Positions 19,784 to 31,296 are shown, counted from the first letter of the stretch. The stretch is 64,000 bases of DNA from Sedimentisphaerales bacterium (GCA_963666285.1 OY762711.1); one strand, 5' to 3'. Numbers and translations: made by a program. Notes: generated by a model from the sequence alone, not told the origin.

Positions 19784-21217
19784 TTACTTATCGTCATATT
19801 TACCGAATCTAAACCGCTGAATAGACGGCTGGGTCCGCCCTTGTAACATTATTTTTTCCAGTTCCCTGGCTATACCCGGATTGTCTTTGGCAATATTATT
19901 ACTTTCTGAGATATCTTCTTCCAGGTTGTATAGTTCAAGCGGTGCATCCGGTTTCTTTTTCACGTTCTGCATTATACCTTTCCATTTCCCTTTACGTACC
20001 GCTACCTGCCCGCCATAACCGGCAAAGTCCCAAAATAGATATTCATGCTGTTTCTGCGTTTTTGTCTCTCCCATAAGAGTTGGCAAGAAACTTATGCCGT
20101 CAGAGCTGACATCAGAATCTGCATCGATCAAATCTGCCAAAGTTGCCATAATATCATAATGAGCGGAAAGATGATCGGTCACAGTACCTGGCTTTATCTT
20201 ACCCGGCCATCGCACGATCATCGGCATGCGAATACCACCTTCAAATAATGAGCCTTTAAGTCCTCGCAACTCACCAACACTTTCAAAAAATTCATAATCC
20301 ACCTGACCCTTGAGGTAAGTAGTTCCATTATCGGAGGTAAAAAATATGATAGTATCGTCTGCCAGGTCAAGCTCGTCAAGCAGAGCCATTATACGGCCAA
20401 CCTGCTTGTCAATATAAGAAATCATCGCAGCATAACAACTTCTCGGTGTTGGATGCGGAAGATATGATTTACCGGTATATGGTGTCTCCTGCCATTGGCC
20501 AATATATTCATCTATATCTTCCTGAGGAGCCTGCAATGCCAGGTGCGGCAAAACAGTTGGATAATAAATAAAGAACGGCTTATCTTTATTGTCACGTATA
20601 AACTTAAGCATTTCGTCAGCAATAACCTTCGGCGCATAATTCTTGCCGGTTAGCCCGCGGGTATTACCTTCCAGTATTCTCTGGCCTTTGTTATCATTTA
20701 GAAATTCCGGATACAGGTTATGTGCGTGCCACTGGCAATTATAGCCGAAGAAGCGATCAAATCCCATATCCATTGGATCACCGGTGGAATTTGTTATGCC
20801 AAGCCCCCACTTCCCGAATGCACCGGTAGCAAAGCCATTCTGCTTCATTACGGTTGCAATTGTAACCGTGCCAGCCGGTAAAGGAAGCTGGCCGGGGAAT
20901 TTTTCAGGACCGGTACCGCGAAAATTATCTCTCACATATGCATGACCGCCATGCAGGCCGGTCAACAAATTACAGCGAGACGGGGCACATACCGCAGAGC
21001 CGCAATAGTAGTCGGTAAATTTCATACCCTGCGATGCAAGCTTGTCAATATTCGGTGTCCTAATTTTCTTTTGGCCATAGCAGCCAAGCTCTCGATAACC
21101 CAGATCGTCAGCCATAATAAAGATGACATTAGGCTTTTCACCGGCAAATATGGTAGAGTTGAAGATAAACATCAACATATAACATGCGATAACTAATCTA
21201 GAAACTATACATTTCAT
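19784..21217 (-). CDS. Formylglycine-dependent (S1) sulfatase
   Basis: Signal peptide; KPNVIFIMADDLG; CAPSRCNLLTG; FGKWGLG; FTSDNG. Confidence 0.92.
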   Translation of the reverse strand: MKCIVSRLVIACYMLMFIFNSTIFAGEKPNVIFIMADDLGYRELGCYGQKKIRTPNIDKLASQGMKFTDYYCGSAVCAPSRCNLLTGLHGGHAYVRDNFRGTGPEKFPGQLPLPAGTVTIATVMKQNGFATGAFGKWGLGITNSTGDPMDMGFDRFFGYNCQWHAHNLYPEFLNDNKGQRILEGNTRGLTGKNYAPKVIADEMLKFIRDNKDKPFFIYYPTVLPHLALQAPQEDIDEYIGQWQETPYTGKSYLPHPTPRSCYAAMISYIDKQVGRIMALLDELDLADDTIIFFTSDNGTTYLKGQVDYEFFESVGELRGLKGSLFEGGIRMPMIVRWPGKIKPGTVTDHLSAHYDIMATLADLIDADSDVSSDGISFLPTLMGETKTQKQHEYLFWDFAGYGGQVAVRKGKWKGIMQNVKKKPDAPLELYNLEEDISESNNIAKDNPGIARELEKIMLQGRTQPSIQRFRFGKYDDK

Positions 21218-21456
21218 ACTTTAAGTTCCTTCTTTCACAATAAATAAAAAACTAAACAAATCTAAAACATTAATGCAAAGCGGCATTAAACACATTTAAG
21301 CAATTTTAATAGACAAACAATTAGCACAAAACCAAGTAACAATAAAATAGTTCTCCTTTGGAAATCTTACTTATATTTCTAGTCAATTTCATAAGCATTT
21401 TTATTCTTACATTACTCTTCAATTGTACTTAATTACTAATCGTTGTATAACAAAAA

Positions 21457-24400
21457 TTATTTTTTAACCAGCGCAAACGCTGACACCATTAAATTTGGTC
21501 CTGACTTACATGAAGCCTTCAGTACCAACCGATTATCAAGCAAATCCTCTCGCAGCACATTCAGTTTTACCCACATACCATCTCCGTTATGCTTACCAAG
21601 TTCAAACTCTCGACCTTCAAAGTTGATAAAACCTGTTCGTCCGTTATTATTCCAGTCATGAAAATGCACATACAGGTCATACATATCAGGTTTACTACTT
21701 TCAATCTCTAAAGCTAGAGATGGAGAACCCCACCAGGCTGAAGATATACTATCCTTCCAAACTGCACCACAATCAACCTTATAGTTGAAACCATCATCGG
21801 CCTGAACCAAATCGACTTTGCGGTTCCAGTCAACATTGCCTTTACCCAGAGGATAAGCTCCCGCACGAACATACATCACTGCATTCTCAAATTCTTTCGG
21901 CACCTTCACCTTGGTTAATTCTTCGACAACCGGAAAATATTCCCTGAACTTATCATGGCTGATTTCAAATCCAGGTATAAAACTACCGCCTCCGACATAA
22001 CTAAACAGACTTTTCCTGAGCTGCCGTGCTGCCGGACGCTTATCCAGGCCATCCACAATATTATACCCGCAAACCAGCAGTTTGCCGCCCTTTGCGGTCT
22101 TAAATTCAAATATTGAACCCAGCTTATGATTAAAATGAAAATCGCTTACAGGCTGTACAATAGGCAGATACTCTCCTGGCTGATCATCAAGCACAAAACC
22201 ACGGGCGTCAGTACATATCTGCTTCCATTGCCAGTCGAGATGATCATCAGTAGGAAATTCAGCCATCGCGGCGTGCTTTGACTGTACCAATGCTCCCAGG
22301 GTATCACGGTTCTGACCTGGGAAAAATCTGGACGACCAGAACAACGGCATCCAGGCAGCATGCTTACTACTGCCAAATTTATGCCCCAGCAGTATCACTC
22401 GCTTACCTTTATCTAATTCCGCCCAGGCCTGTTCAGGATCATCTGTCACTATCAAATCACCTGCCGCTTCTGCAACCACTTCATCTGGGAATACCCATAT
22501 GTCCCAGCAATTTCTGAATGCTGTTTGCTCCAGTTCAACCTCAAGCTTCAACTTAGCCGGCTTATCGATAGCGTCCAATAAATATGTTATCTTTTCTACA
22601 TCCGTTACCTTACCAACACCAAAACTCATCATATCAGATTTACCATCTTTCAGTATGTTACGAGAATCATCTATCAGCTTCCAGCTCACCGTAGAATCTA
22701 AAGCCTTTGCACCCCAATGCGAAACCTGTACCAGCACATTAAACTCTTCACTGCTTGTCCAGACAAACTTATCAAATCTCGCCAGCGGAACTGTTGTATT
22801 GCTGTACTGACGAAAGAATTCCGGTGTTACAATACCTTTGCTCTCATAAAACGTATCCAGCCAGCCGACCAGTGCCTCACCCTGACCCGGAAAATCCTGC
22901 ATACTCAGCCAGCTGACGCCTGCACACCCTTCCGAACGCAGCAAAGCCTCCATTTCATTCTTATATATTATCCGGTTCATCGCACCGGAAGCCATCTGTA
23001 AATCGGTACTCTGATGTTCAATCCCGTTTTTTCTGGCCATTTCACGAAATATCGAAAAATTAGTCGCCGCTAACGGTCCGGCGTACTTATCGATCTCATT
23101 CCAGTCCGGATACACCGGCATCTGCCCCGCTTCATGGGCAATTATCGGCACCGGGGCCCGCCCGTAATTCTTCTGATAATCCCAGTTGGTATGATCAACT
23201 CCCAGCCGATTCACCACCGAACCAATTCCAGGAATATTATGAGTATCTGAAAAGTCATCATACGGCGTTATTGTCCGTGCTGTTGAGGCGGCATATAAAC
23301 GACGTGGATCACGCTCCTTCTCTTCCCTTATCCATTCACCAATAACCTCGAAATCACTAGAACCAAGCTCATTACCAATAGCAAAGAAACAGAACGAAGG
23401 ATGGTTACCATATCTATCCAGCATACGTTTCATCTCAGCCCGAGTGTATTCATCGATTGTCCGGTCCGCTTTCCCAACACCTTTCGGATACCCCGGAGTA
23501 TCCATATCCTTACGCTTGTTCGGCCCTCCCATCCACCTGTCGACCCAAAGTACTTCCGGCTCCAGGTACATACCCATCTCATCTGCCGCGATAAACGCCG
23601 CCTCAGGCGGACACCAGGAATGGAAACGGATCTGATTCAAGCCATACTCCCGGCAAACTTTATATACTCTGGACCAACCTTCAACCGTCATCGGCGGATG
23701 ACCCGTCAGCGGATACTGGCCGCAATCCAGGTTGCCGCGCATAAATGACGGCCGTCCATTTATTATCAGCTTATTCCCATCATCGGCGATCGTACGAAAT
23801 CCAAACCTTATCTGCCTGGTATCATTATGCCCATTACTTATAAATGTCAGATTTGCCGTATAAAGATTTGGAGAAAACTCATCCCATTGATCCGGCTCAT
23901 CTTTTAACCGAACTACAATTCTTGCGATCTTTTCCTTAGAACAAAACTCCTGGAGCAAAACAACACAATCTGCAATTATTTTGCCAGACTTCTCTACTAT
24001 ATCAACCGACAGCTTTCCACCTGTTGTAATTCCTGTATCATTTATTATCTCCGCCTCAAATTCTACCTTTCTTCCTTCTGCATCTGGAAATAAACGCACC
24101 ACTCCCAGCCTTGTCGGAGCCAATGCCCGCATCTCCAATCGCCCCACAATACCATTCCATTTACTCTGGGTAAACTCAGTATAGCAGTGACCCCGGTCGC
24201 CAATCGGATGAATCATCCTGTTGTCTACTCTGACCGTCAGCAAATGCCTGCCGGGTTTCAATGCATCAGAATAATGAACATGTGGGGTCCCAAGTGAATC
24301 CTTAGCTCCGCAGAAATTATCATCTATCCATACCCTGCTCTCCCACAATACACGTTCCAGTGTCAGTTCAATACTCTTATCGTTCCAACTTTCCGGTATG

Positions 24401-24702
24401 TCAATATAACGTTGATACCATGCAGCACCAATATACTTATGTTTACGGGTAAGATAGCCGGGATTAGGATTCTCTTCTCTAATGCCAATTCCGGCAAGAT
24501 CAGTCGTACCAGGCAAGGAAATAATACCATCATTATCAAACTCACCATGATACCAATTCTGTTTTATTCCTTCATCCTCAGAATCCAGCTTGTACTTCCA
24601 ATTTCCGGAAATATCTATAACATCCCCACCTTTGACAAATGAAAAGCACAAACATAATAAAAGTAAGATTAAATATTTTATATAATTACACATAATCGAC
24701 AT
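21457..24702 (-). CDS. Glycoside hydrolase family 2 (beta-glycosidase)
   Basis: Signal peptide; YIGAAWYQR; FGFRTI; NQIRFHSWCPP; IGNEL (acid/base); AHEAGQ (nucleophile). Confidence 0.85.
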   Translation of the reverse strand: MSIMCNYIKYLILLLLCLCFSFVKGGDVIDISGNWKYKLDSEDEGIKQNWYHGEFDNDGIISLPGTTDLAGIGIREENPNPGYLTRKHKYIGAAWYQRYIDIPESWNDKSIELTLERVLWESRVWIDDNFCGAKDSLGTPHVHYSDALKPGRHLLTVRVDNRMIHPIGDRGHCYTEFTQSKWNGIVGRLEMRALAPTRLGVVRLFPDAEGRKVEFEAEIINDTGITTGGKLSVDIVEKSGKIIADCVVLLQEFCSKEKIARIVVRLKDEPDQWDEFSPNLYTANLTFISNGHNDTRQIRFGFRTIADDGNKLIINGRPSFMRGNLDCGQYPLTGHPPMTVEGWSRVYKVCREYGLNQIRFHSWCPPEAAFIAADEMGMYLEPEVLWVDRWMGGPNKRKDMDTPGYPKGVGKADRTIDEYTRAEMKRMLDRYGNHPSFCFFAIGNELGSSDFEVIGEWIREEKERDPRRLYAASTARTITPYDDFSDTHNIPGIGSVVNRLGVDHTNWDYQKNYGRAPVPIIAHEAGQMPVYPDWNEIDKYAGPLAATNFSIFREMARKNGIEHQSTDLQMASGAMNRIIYKNEMEALLRSEGCAGVSWLSMQDFPGQGEALVGWLDTFYESKGIVTPEFFRQYSNTTVPLARFDKFVWTSSEEFNVLVQVSHWGAKALDSTVSWKLIDDSRNILKDGKSDMMSFGVGKVTDVEKITYLLDAIDKPAKLKLEVELEQTAFRNCWDIWVFPDEVVAEAAGDLIVTDDPEQAWAELDKGKRVILLGHKFGSSKHAAWMPLFWSSRFFPGQNRDTLGALVQSKHAAMAEFPTDDHLDWQWKQICTDARGFVLDDQPGEYLPIVQPVSDFHFNHKLGSIFEFKTAKGGKLLVCGYNIVDGLDKRPAARQLRKSLFSYVGGGSFIPGFEISHDKFREYFPVVEELTKVKVPKEFENAVMYVRAGAYPLGKGNVDWNRKVDLVQADDGFNYKVDCGAVWKDSISSAWWGSPSLALEIESSKPDMYDLYVHFHDWNNNGRTGFINFEGREFELGKHNGDGMWVKLNVLREDLLDNRLVLKASCKSGPNLMVSAFALVKK

Positions 24703-24713
24703 TATTCATAAAT

Positions 24714-26189
24714 TCAACATACAGAATTCACCCAGGGATCGTTGTATTGGACCAGCTTCTTATCGAGGATTTTTCGCAACTTTAGAACCAGTTGCTGCTC
24801 ATTATTTGCGACGTTCTCCAGTTGGTATGGATCTTTAACATTATTATGCAGGAAAACCTCCTCAGATTTGCCCTTTGTTTTGCTAACAACAAAAGTGTAC
24901 ATGGAGTTTCGTATGCCGCGTCGGCCCCACTCCGATTTACCATCATCTGCCCACATATACCATTGCCATTCCGGGCGGGTACCTGATCCTGTGAGGAATT
25001 GGTGAGCATAGCTTTTACCGTCCACTGCGTCTGGAATATCAGATTTAAACCCGGCCAAATCCAACATTGTTGGACAAATATCCATACCAGAAAACAACAG
25101 GCTGTCTTTACGAGGTTCGATCCTGCCCGGCCATCGAATTAAAAACGGTATTCTCATAGATTCTTCATAGTGATTATTCTTGGAAATCTCGTCGTGAATT
25201 CCAAGGCAGTTACCGTGATCTGAGGTAAAGATTACGATAGTATCCTGCTCGAGGTTTTGTTCCTTTAATGCAGCAAGAATCCGGCCAAACTGTTCGTCTA
25301 CCCCTGTAATCATAGCATAATAATGCTTTATATTATTGCGATAATATTTGCCAAACCTGGTATCAGCATCCGGTATATTAAGCCGAGAACAAAGCTCTTC
25401 CAGAGGCTTGTCCTTATAAGAATTAACGTATTTTTGAGGAACCAGCTTATAGGGCATATGCGGCGGATTCATAGAGACCACAAGAGCAAACGGTTTACCG
25501 GCAGCTCGATAATTTCCACCATCATTATTAATGTATTTTATCGCCAAATCGGCTTCATGTTCCGGTGACCATTGATCGACATAACTAAATTCATCTCGGG
25601 AAACATCGGTGCTCCAATACATAGGTCGGTTGTGCTGGTCATATGTACCATAAGCATACCAGAAATCGAAACCGTGACGGCGGTTTGGCGGACACCACTC
25701 GTTCCAGGCAAATTTTTCACTGTTATTACTACACTTGATATAAGGTTTGTGCGGTGAATCCAGATGCCATTTGCCGATATAGCCAAGACTATAACCTTTA
25801 CTTTTAAATACATCAGACCAGCATCGGTCGGTTTCCTGCAGCTCACAATCATATGGGGCACTGCCGGTATTGCAGTTACCGGTAACCTTATTGGCATGCG
25901 GGTAGCGGCCGGTCATAAGCATGGCACGAAACGGACTGCATACCGGATAATTGCTGACCGCCTGTGGAAGCACCAGCGATTCTGCGGCGAAACTATCCAA
26001 ATTCGGCGTAAGTACCGGTTCCTCACCCAAAAAGCCCATCGCCTGACCTCGCATCTGGTCAGGAAATACAAATACAATATTCGGGGCATTTTTCCTGCCA
26101 TTACTATAAAAGTCAACATTATCCTGGCAACCGTTCATGGTAGCTGCTGCAGTTAAGCCTACTGCCTTAAGAAAGTCTCGACGATCCAT
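24714..26189 (-). CDS. Tat-exported S1 sulfatase
   Basis: DRRDFLK twin-arginine signal; PNIVFVFPDQMR; CSPFRAMLMTG; YIGKWHL; FTSDHG. Confidence 0.92.
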   Translation of the reverse strand: MDRRDFLKAVGLTAAATMNGCQDNVDFYSNGRKNAPNIVFVFPDQMRGQAMGFLGEEPVLTPNLDSFAAESLVLPQAVSNYPVCSPFRAMLMTGRYPHANKVTGNCNTGSAPYDCELQETDRCWSDVFKSKGYSLGYIGKWHLDSPHKPYIKCSNNSEKFAWNEWCPPNRRHGFDFWYAYGTYDQHNRPMYWSTDVSRDEFSYVDQWSPEHEADLAIKYINNDGGNYRAAGKPFALVVSMNPPHMPYKLVPQKYVNSYKDKPLEELCSRLNIPDADTRFGKYYRNNIKHYYAMITGVDEQFGRILAALKEQNLEQDTIVIFTSDHGNCLGIHDEISKNNHYEESMRIPFLIRWPGRIEPRKDSLLFSGMDICPTMLDLAGFKSDIPDAVDGKSYAHQFLTGSGTRPEWQWYMWADDGKSEWGRRGIRNSMYTFVVSKTKGKSEEVFLHNNVKDPYQLENVANNEQQLVLKLRKILDKKLVQYNDPWVNSVC

Positions 26190-26278
26190 AATGGTTCCTT
26201 TACTGCTATCAACATCCTGACTTTTATATAGAAAACATATACCTTTCCAGGAAAACGCAATTTAGATTAAATAGAATT

Positions 26279-27052
26279 TTATTTATAAATTGGAGAACCA
26301 TCATCTCTGGTTCGTTCGCCAGTACATTTAAAGGTTTTATGCCACTTAAGTGCCCAAAGATTCTTAAGTTCTACAGGACGCTGAGAACCATCAACAAAAC
26401 CAACATTAATTTTACCGTCATGCCGATCTATTAGATATCTGCTCATTCCGCCGGCTGATGTTGTATCACTACCCAAAAGGTTAAATCCTGCCGGACAGGA
26501 ATCAGTATCTTCCACTTTTGAGTCAAGCCATTTTGAGTCAGCAAAAACCGGAGTTAAACTGGTCATCTTTACCTGGCTATAATCTTTATATTTCTTTAAT
26601 GGATCAAGGCTGTTTAAATTAGAATAGAACCAACCATTGATGGAATAACAACCTTCTTCTGCTATATCCATGCCGTCCCAATACCAAACCCAGCTTTTCT
26701 TTGCAGTTCCATATTGGTAACTCTTAATATCTTCCATTTTTTCCAACCTGGCCTTGGTCCTGTGGCACATACGGGCTTCATCAATTTCATCCATATATTT
26801 TGTGAGTTTATTCACCCATAATCCAGATCCATAACTATACTCCGGCATTTTTCCTTCATTAGCTTCCGTATACATAATGGAAGCAAGCTGCATAGTTTTA
26901 AGATTAGTAAGACACATTACATCTTTAGCACTGTTTCTGGCTTTGCTCAATGCCGGCATAAGTATAGAAACAAGTAATGCAATAATAGATATAACGACCA
27001 GCAGCTCTATTAGAGTAAAAGCTTTAGCGATTTGATTACGTTTGGAATTCAT
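26279..27052 (-). CDS. Prepilin-type N-terminal methylation protein with H-X9-DG motif (DUF1559-like)
   Basis: [29 protein letters not shown]...C.TNLK and [19 protein letters not shown] before ATG 27052. Confidence 0.88.
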   Translation of the reverse strand: MNSKRNQIAKAFTLIELLVVISIIALLVSILMPALSKARNSAKDVMCLTNLKTMQLASIMYTEANEGKMPEYSYGSGLWVNKLTKYMDEIDEARMCHRTKARLEKMEDIKSYQYGTAKKSWVWYWDGMDIAEEGCYSINGWFYSNLNSLDPLKKYKDYSQVKMTSLTPVFADSKWLDSKVEDTDSCPAGFNLLGSDTTSAGGMSRYLIDRHDGKINVGFVDGSQRPVELKNLWALKWHKTFKCTGERTRDDGSPIYK

Positions 27053-27207
27053 TTTCGGCACCTCGTGAAAATTGCATATATATTTATGTAGATATACTTA
27101 CTCATAATGACAAGTTATCATAATGAGTTTTAACAAAAAATAATGCACACCATTTCCAGTTAAACAAATATTCAATAATATCAAAAAACAGGTTAACTGC
27201 GTTTGCA

Positions 27208-30200
27208 TTATTTGCCGTCAATCCAATTATAGGCAAATATCTGCAAATCAGAAAAGTCAACATTTCTATCGTTATTTAGATCACATCCACCACATAATGG
27301 ATAGTCTCCACATTCTTTTATCTGCCACATTGACGCAAAGTTCGCAAAATCTTCTAAACCCATATCCCCCCAATAAAGATTATGTACTGTAACATCAACA
27401 TCAACAAGACTAACACCTTCCAGTGCATCAACAATTTGTATCGTTAACTGTTCAGTACCAATATCTGATGAGCCAGGAATACCTGAAATAATACCACCAG
27501 ATGTGATATCCATCCAGGCAGGTCCGGAAACTTTGCTGAACAAAAGTGGGTCACCTTCCGGATCGGATACAAGAGAAGTAATAACTGCATGATAATCTAT
27601 CCCTTCAAGACCATCATCTATATCAAATGGATCAGCAATCTTTGGCAGAGAATTTATCTTTTGGCGACCTAAATCATATATATCAGCTATCTCATTTGAT
27701 TCAAGTGAGCGTTTCCAAACAGTAACTTCATCTGCATAACCTTTGAAAGATCTATATGAATAGTCACGCCCAAGATATGTTATACCATCAAACTCTTCTA
27801 TATCGTGTGAAACATTATTAACCACACTTTTATCATTTACATAAAGAGTTGCTTTGGAAGGTTCGATTACCAATGCTATAAATGTCCACTCATTGTCTGG
27901 TATATCAAGGTTTGAAACAAAATTATAAGAACCGGCACTTCCATTCCAATGATAACCTAACTGGTTGGTAGTACCTTTGAAATTCATTCCGGCGGTCGTC
28001 GATCCTGCCCTGGAAAATAAGATGCCAGCATAACTTTGTTGACTTCCACTTCGTTTTATCCAGGCTGTCATTGTTACTGTATTGGAATCAAGATTGAGCG
28101 GAGGAATCTCGACATAGTTACCAGCGCCCCCGCAATATACAGACTGACCGACATAACCTGCCAGACCAAGTTTAGCATTGATATTAGAAGAATCATATTT
28201 ATCCGGACCAGACATGTCTTTAATCGCATTTCCGGTACGATGATCATCATCAAATGTATAAAAGGCGACCAACTCTTTGCCAGTTACAGAAACTTTGATA
28301 TTACCTGAAAAAGTATTATTATACCCATTTTTTACGGTATATGGAATCGTAGCCTCTCCTTCAAAACCGGCTTCAGAAGTAAATGTCCAGGTTCCATTTC
28401 CATTACTTACAACAGCACCATTAGTCGGAGTACCTATTGAAACCAAAAACTTGCTCCCCTGGAAACTGTAATCATTTACAGAAGGATCGGTGATTACAAC
28501 AGAACCGCCAGAGGGCACACTATATGAATCTGCAATTACCTCAAGCATGTTCCATTCAGGTAAATCGTTAAGACTGCTGATCGCTGAGCTGCTGACACCA
28601 AAGTCCCAATCAACAAAGAACGGGCTAAGGTCGTAACCAACCTGCCTGGAGAACCTAGTCATAAACTGATCCCATTCCTGCTGATCAGTAGCAGGAAGAG
28701 CCGATGGATTGGAAACTTCATCATCCAGATATGTCTGAAAAGTAGCTTTGAACGCCTCCCAGCCAAAGATCTCCTTTAGCTGAACATACATATCAAGCCG
28801 TTCGCCAAGACCTGTTTCATCGAATCCACCTGCTGAAACTGCTGCTTCAAACATTTCGACTCGTCTGGAAGGGTTCCACATACGACTCCAGCCGTCAGAA
28901 GCCTTACCGGAATCACAAACAGATTCGATAGCTGCCATAGTAAATATATTAACGGTAACCTCGCCGGTTCGACCGTCAGTCCAGTATCCGCTCTGATGCA
29001 GATGTCCAGTCTCATGATACGCCCCCCAGCATCCGCCGGCTTCCATAGCGTCATAATCGCCAAAGTCCCACCCCCAACCGCCAATGGGGTATCCGGCATA
29101 TCCGCTTCCCCAGGCTGTCTGTACCATACTGTACATTCTCATCGGGCGGGTTCTCTTGCCGGTCAGATTAGCAAGATCATCCTGGGCGGCAATGCCATCG
29201 TGCCAGAATGTCATAAGCTCTTCCGGCTTTGCGAGATCGATTATGTCAGTTTTAGGCACAGAAATAATCATATTTCCGCTTATCAGTTCTCCATAAGGTG
29301 CCGGTTTATCTCGTAAGGTATTAATCCAGTCTGCATTTGTATGATATCCCAGGACAAAAATCGGAGCCTCTATTGCATTTGAAATTGTAACACTGAAATC
29401 TCCGGGCACAGTATTCCTTGGCACAATGATATAAATAAGACCACCATAAGGATTACCAACAGAAACACTTGCCTGATCCAGAGAAAATTCCGTACTCGTG
29501 CCAAATGGCATACGGAGATACGAACCGCGACTGCTGACATCGTTCCAGTCACCATTTATCTTTGCTTTCAGACCATCGACGGTTAAAGATGAAGGAACAC
29601 TAATTGTCACAATCTCACCGGGAACTGCATACAAACCGGTACTCAGCCATATTACACTATCATTGCCACGAGTATCCCTGCCTTTCTGGCTAACATTATA
29701 ACTTCTTGTGATCGAAACTCTTGGGGCATCAGAAGGAATAACACCGTAGACAGGTACAGCTGACCTGTGAGCAGTCATTTGTTCAACCGGGGTATTTTGC
29801 AGTATCGAACATTCTCGTCTCAATAAAGCCTTGTCAAATGAATCTGAAACCGGATTGGAAGGAGAAGGTATTATACTGTTTATACGTTCATAAAACTTTT
29901 CGTCAAGTCTTGCCAGGAGATTATCACCTTCTTTAAGAACATCGAACATTCTACCCATCACAGTTCCACCGATATCTAAATTAGTTGAGCTGTAGCCGGA
30001 TGAATCATCTAGCATCTTTATCACATCTTCAGCTGTTGTCTGGCCTGACGAACGACTTATACTCAGACTGCCGCCGCCTTCATTAGCAAAGCCAATACCC
30101 GCCTGACGTAATATCCTGTTCCCAGGTGCATTTTTTATACCGGTACCGGTCCACCACATAATATAACCCGGACCATAATCAGCCAGAAATAATGCACCGC

Positions 30201-31020
30201 CATTCCTGGCAAATTCAACAATAGCATCAACATCGCTCTGTGAAATACTCGAACCAAGCCAGCCAACAAGAACATCAGCATCAGCAAGAACAGAAGAATA
30301 ATTTGTACTTTTTACAACATTGCTGTATCCCTGGTCAGCCAGCCAGACGTCAGCGTTATTGTATGCATTATTTGGCACAACTATCTTTATTGATTTACTT
30401 GAGGTGCCGGTAAGCCATTCAAGCGCATTCATATAAAATACACCATTATCTGCTGAGTCACCATAACTGTTCATATTTAACCATTGATGGTCAGGCATAG
30501 CCAGCACACGCCCGGCACCTAATGTTGATGCCGCAACTATCGGATCAGACCGGTTTTCACCTCCATAATTTCCAATACTGAAAGCTGTAGGACCGTATGC
30601 TACACAGCCGCTTGCCCCACTTGGATCTGCCAGGATACTCACACCACTTAATATAACTGTCCGGGCTGTTTCAACATCAAAATTTGCATTTACACTGATA
30701 CTGACAATTCCAGTATCAGTTGCAGTACCATCAGTAACAGTATATGTAAAATAGTCAAGACCAACAAAACCAGACTTAGGATTATATACCAGAGTTCCGT
30801 CGCCATTAGCAGAGACTGTACCTCCTTGCTCAGAAGAATGATCAAAAGATTGCAATTGCAGCTGATCACCATCGACATCAACATCATTAACTAATGGGTA
30901 ACATATTCTCCACGAATCCTGTGCAGTTATGTGCAAATCATCAACAGCCTCAGGGGCCGCAGCTGAAAGCCCTCCGCAAAAGAATATTTGCAAAACTAGT
31001 ATTATATAAAACTTATTCAT
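27208..31020 (-). CDS. Secreted M60-like (enhancin/mucinase-type) metallopeptidase with Ig-like, LamG and dockerin-like domains
   Basis: STGLYAVPGE (M60 N-domain); WGAYHETGH followed by GEVTVNIF (HExxH...E gluzincin); cadherin-like D.FTYTVTDG repeats; LamG; C-terminal DLNNDRNVDFSDL...W. Confidence 0.85.
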   Translation of the reverse strand: MNKFYIILVLQIFFCGGLSAAAPEAVDDLHITAQDSWRICYPLVNDVDVDGDQLQLQSFDHSSEQGGTVSANGDGTLVYNPKSGFVGLDYFTYTVTDGTATDTGIVSISVNANFDVETARTVILSGVSILADPSGASGCVAYGPTAFSIGNYGGENRSDPIVAASTLGAGRVLAMPDHQWLNMNSYGDSADNGVFYMNALEWLTGTSSKSIKIVVPNNAYNNADVWLADQGYSNVVKSTNYSSVLADADVLVGWLGSSISQSDVDAIVEFARNGGALFLADYGPGYIMWWTGTGIKNAPGNRILRQAGIGFANEGGGSLSISRSSGQTTAEDVIKMLDDSSGYSSTNLDIGGTVMGRMFDVLKEGDNLLARLDEKFYERINSIIPSPSNPVSDSFDKALLRRECSILQNTPVEQMTAHRSAVPVYGVIPSDAPRVSITRSYNVSQKGRDTRGNDSVIWLSTGLYAVPGEIVTISVPSSLTVDGLKAKINGDWNDVSSRGSYLRMPFGTSTEFSLDQASVSVGNPYGGLIYIIVPRNTVPGDFSVTISNAIEAPIFVLGYHTNADWINTLRDKPAPYGELISGNMIISVPKTDIIDLAKPEELMTFWHDGIAAQDDLANLTGKRTRPMRMYSMVQTAWGSGYAGYPIGGWGWDFGDYDAMEAGGCWGAYHETGHLHQSGYWTDGRTGEVTVNIFTMAAIESVCDSGKASDGWSRMWNPSRRVEMFEAAVSAGGFDETGLGERLDMYVQLKEIFGWEAFKATFQTYLDDEVSNPSALPATDQQEWDQFMTRFSRQVGYDLSPFFVDWDFGVSSSAISSLNDLPEWNMLEVIADSYSVPSGGSVVITDPSVNDYSFQGSKFLVSIGTPTNGAVVSNGNGTWTFTSEAGFEGEATIPYTVKNGYNNTFSGNIKVSVTGKELVAFYTFDDDHRTGNAIKDMSGPDKYDSSNINAKLGLAGYVGQSVYCGGAGNYVEIPPLNLDSNTVTMTAWIKRSGSQQSYAGILFSRAGSTTAGMNFKGTTNQLGYHWNGSAGSYNFVSNLDIPDNEWTFIALVIEPSKATLYVNDKSVVNNVSHDIEEFDGITYLGRDYSYRSFKGYADEVTVWKRSLESNEIADIYDLGRQKINSLPKIADPFDIDDGLEGIDYHAVITSLVSDPEGDPLLFSKVSGPAWMDITSGGIISGIPGSSDIGTEQLTIQIVDALEGVSLVDVDVTVHNLYWGDMGLEDFANFASMWQIKECGDYPLCGGCDLNNDRNVDFSDLQIFAYNWIDGK

Positions 31021-31259
31021 TTTGAACCTTTATTACTCTTTTCGCTCTCTCTTGAACATCTAAAAAGATTTTAATACTTAAGAAATACTTAAAATATTTC
31101 CACTCTCTAAAAACATATAAATTTCACTAATAATTATATACTTCATGTCTCTTGACATTCTTCAAGCATCATTATTTTAATCAAATAGATTCATTTAAAT
31201 ATAATAAGACAAGATATTTACTTTCATAATTTATTATACTAAACAAGTTGAATATTAAA

Positions 31260-31296
31260 CAATAGACATATGTAATTAAACAATGTACATATGTAA
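31260..31296 (-). promoter_or_regulatory. Conserved tandem operator, copy 2
   Basis: Minus strand TTACATATGTACATTGTTTAATTACATATGTCTATTG, upstream of the M60 peptidase gene. Confidence 0.75.
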
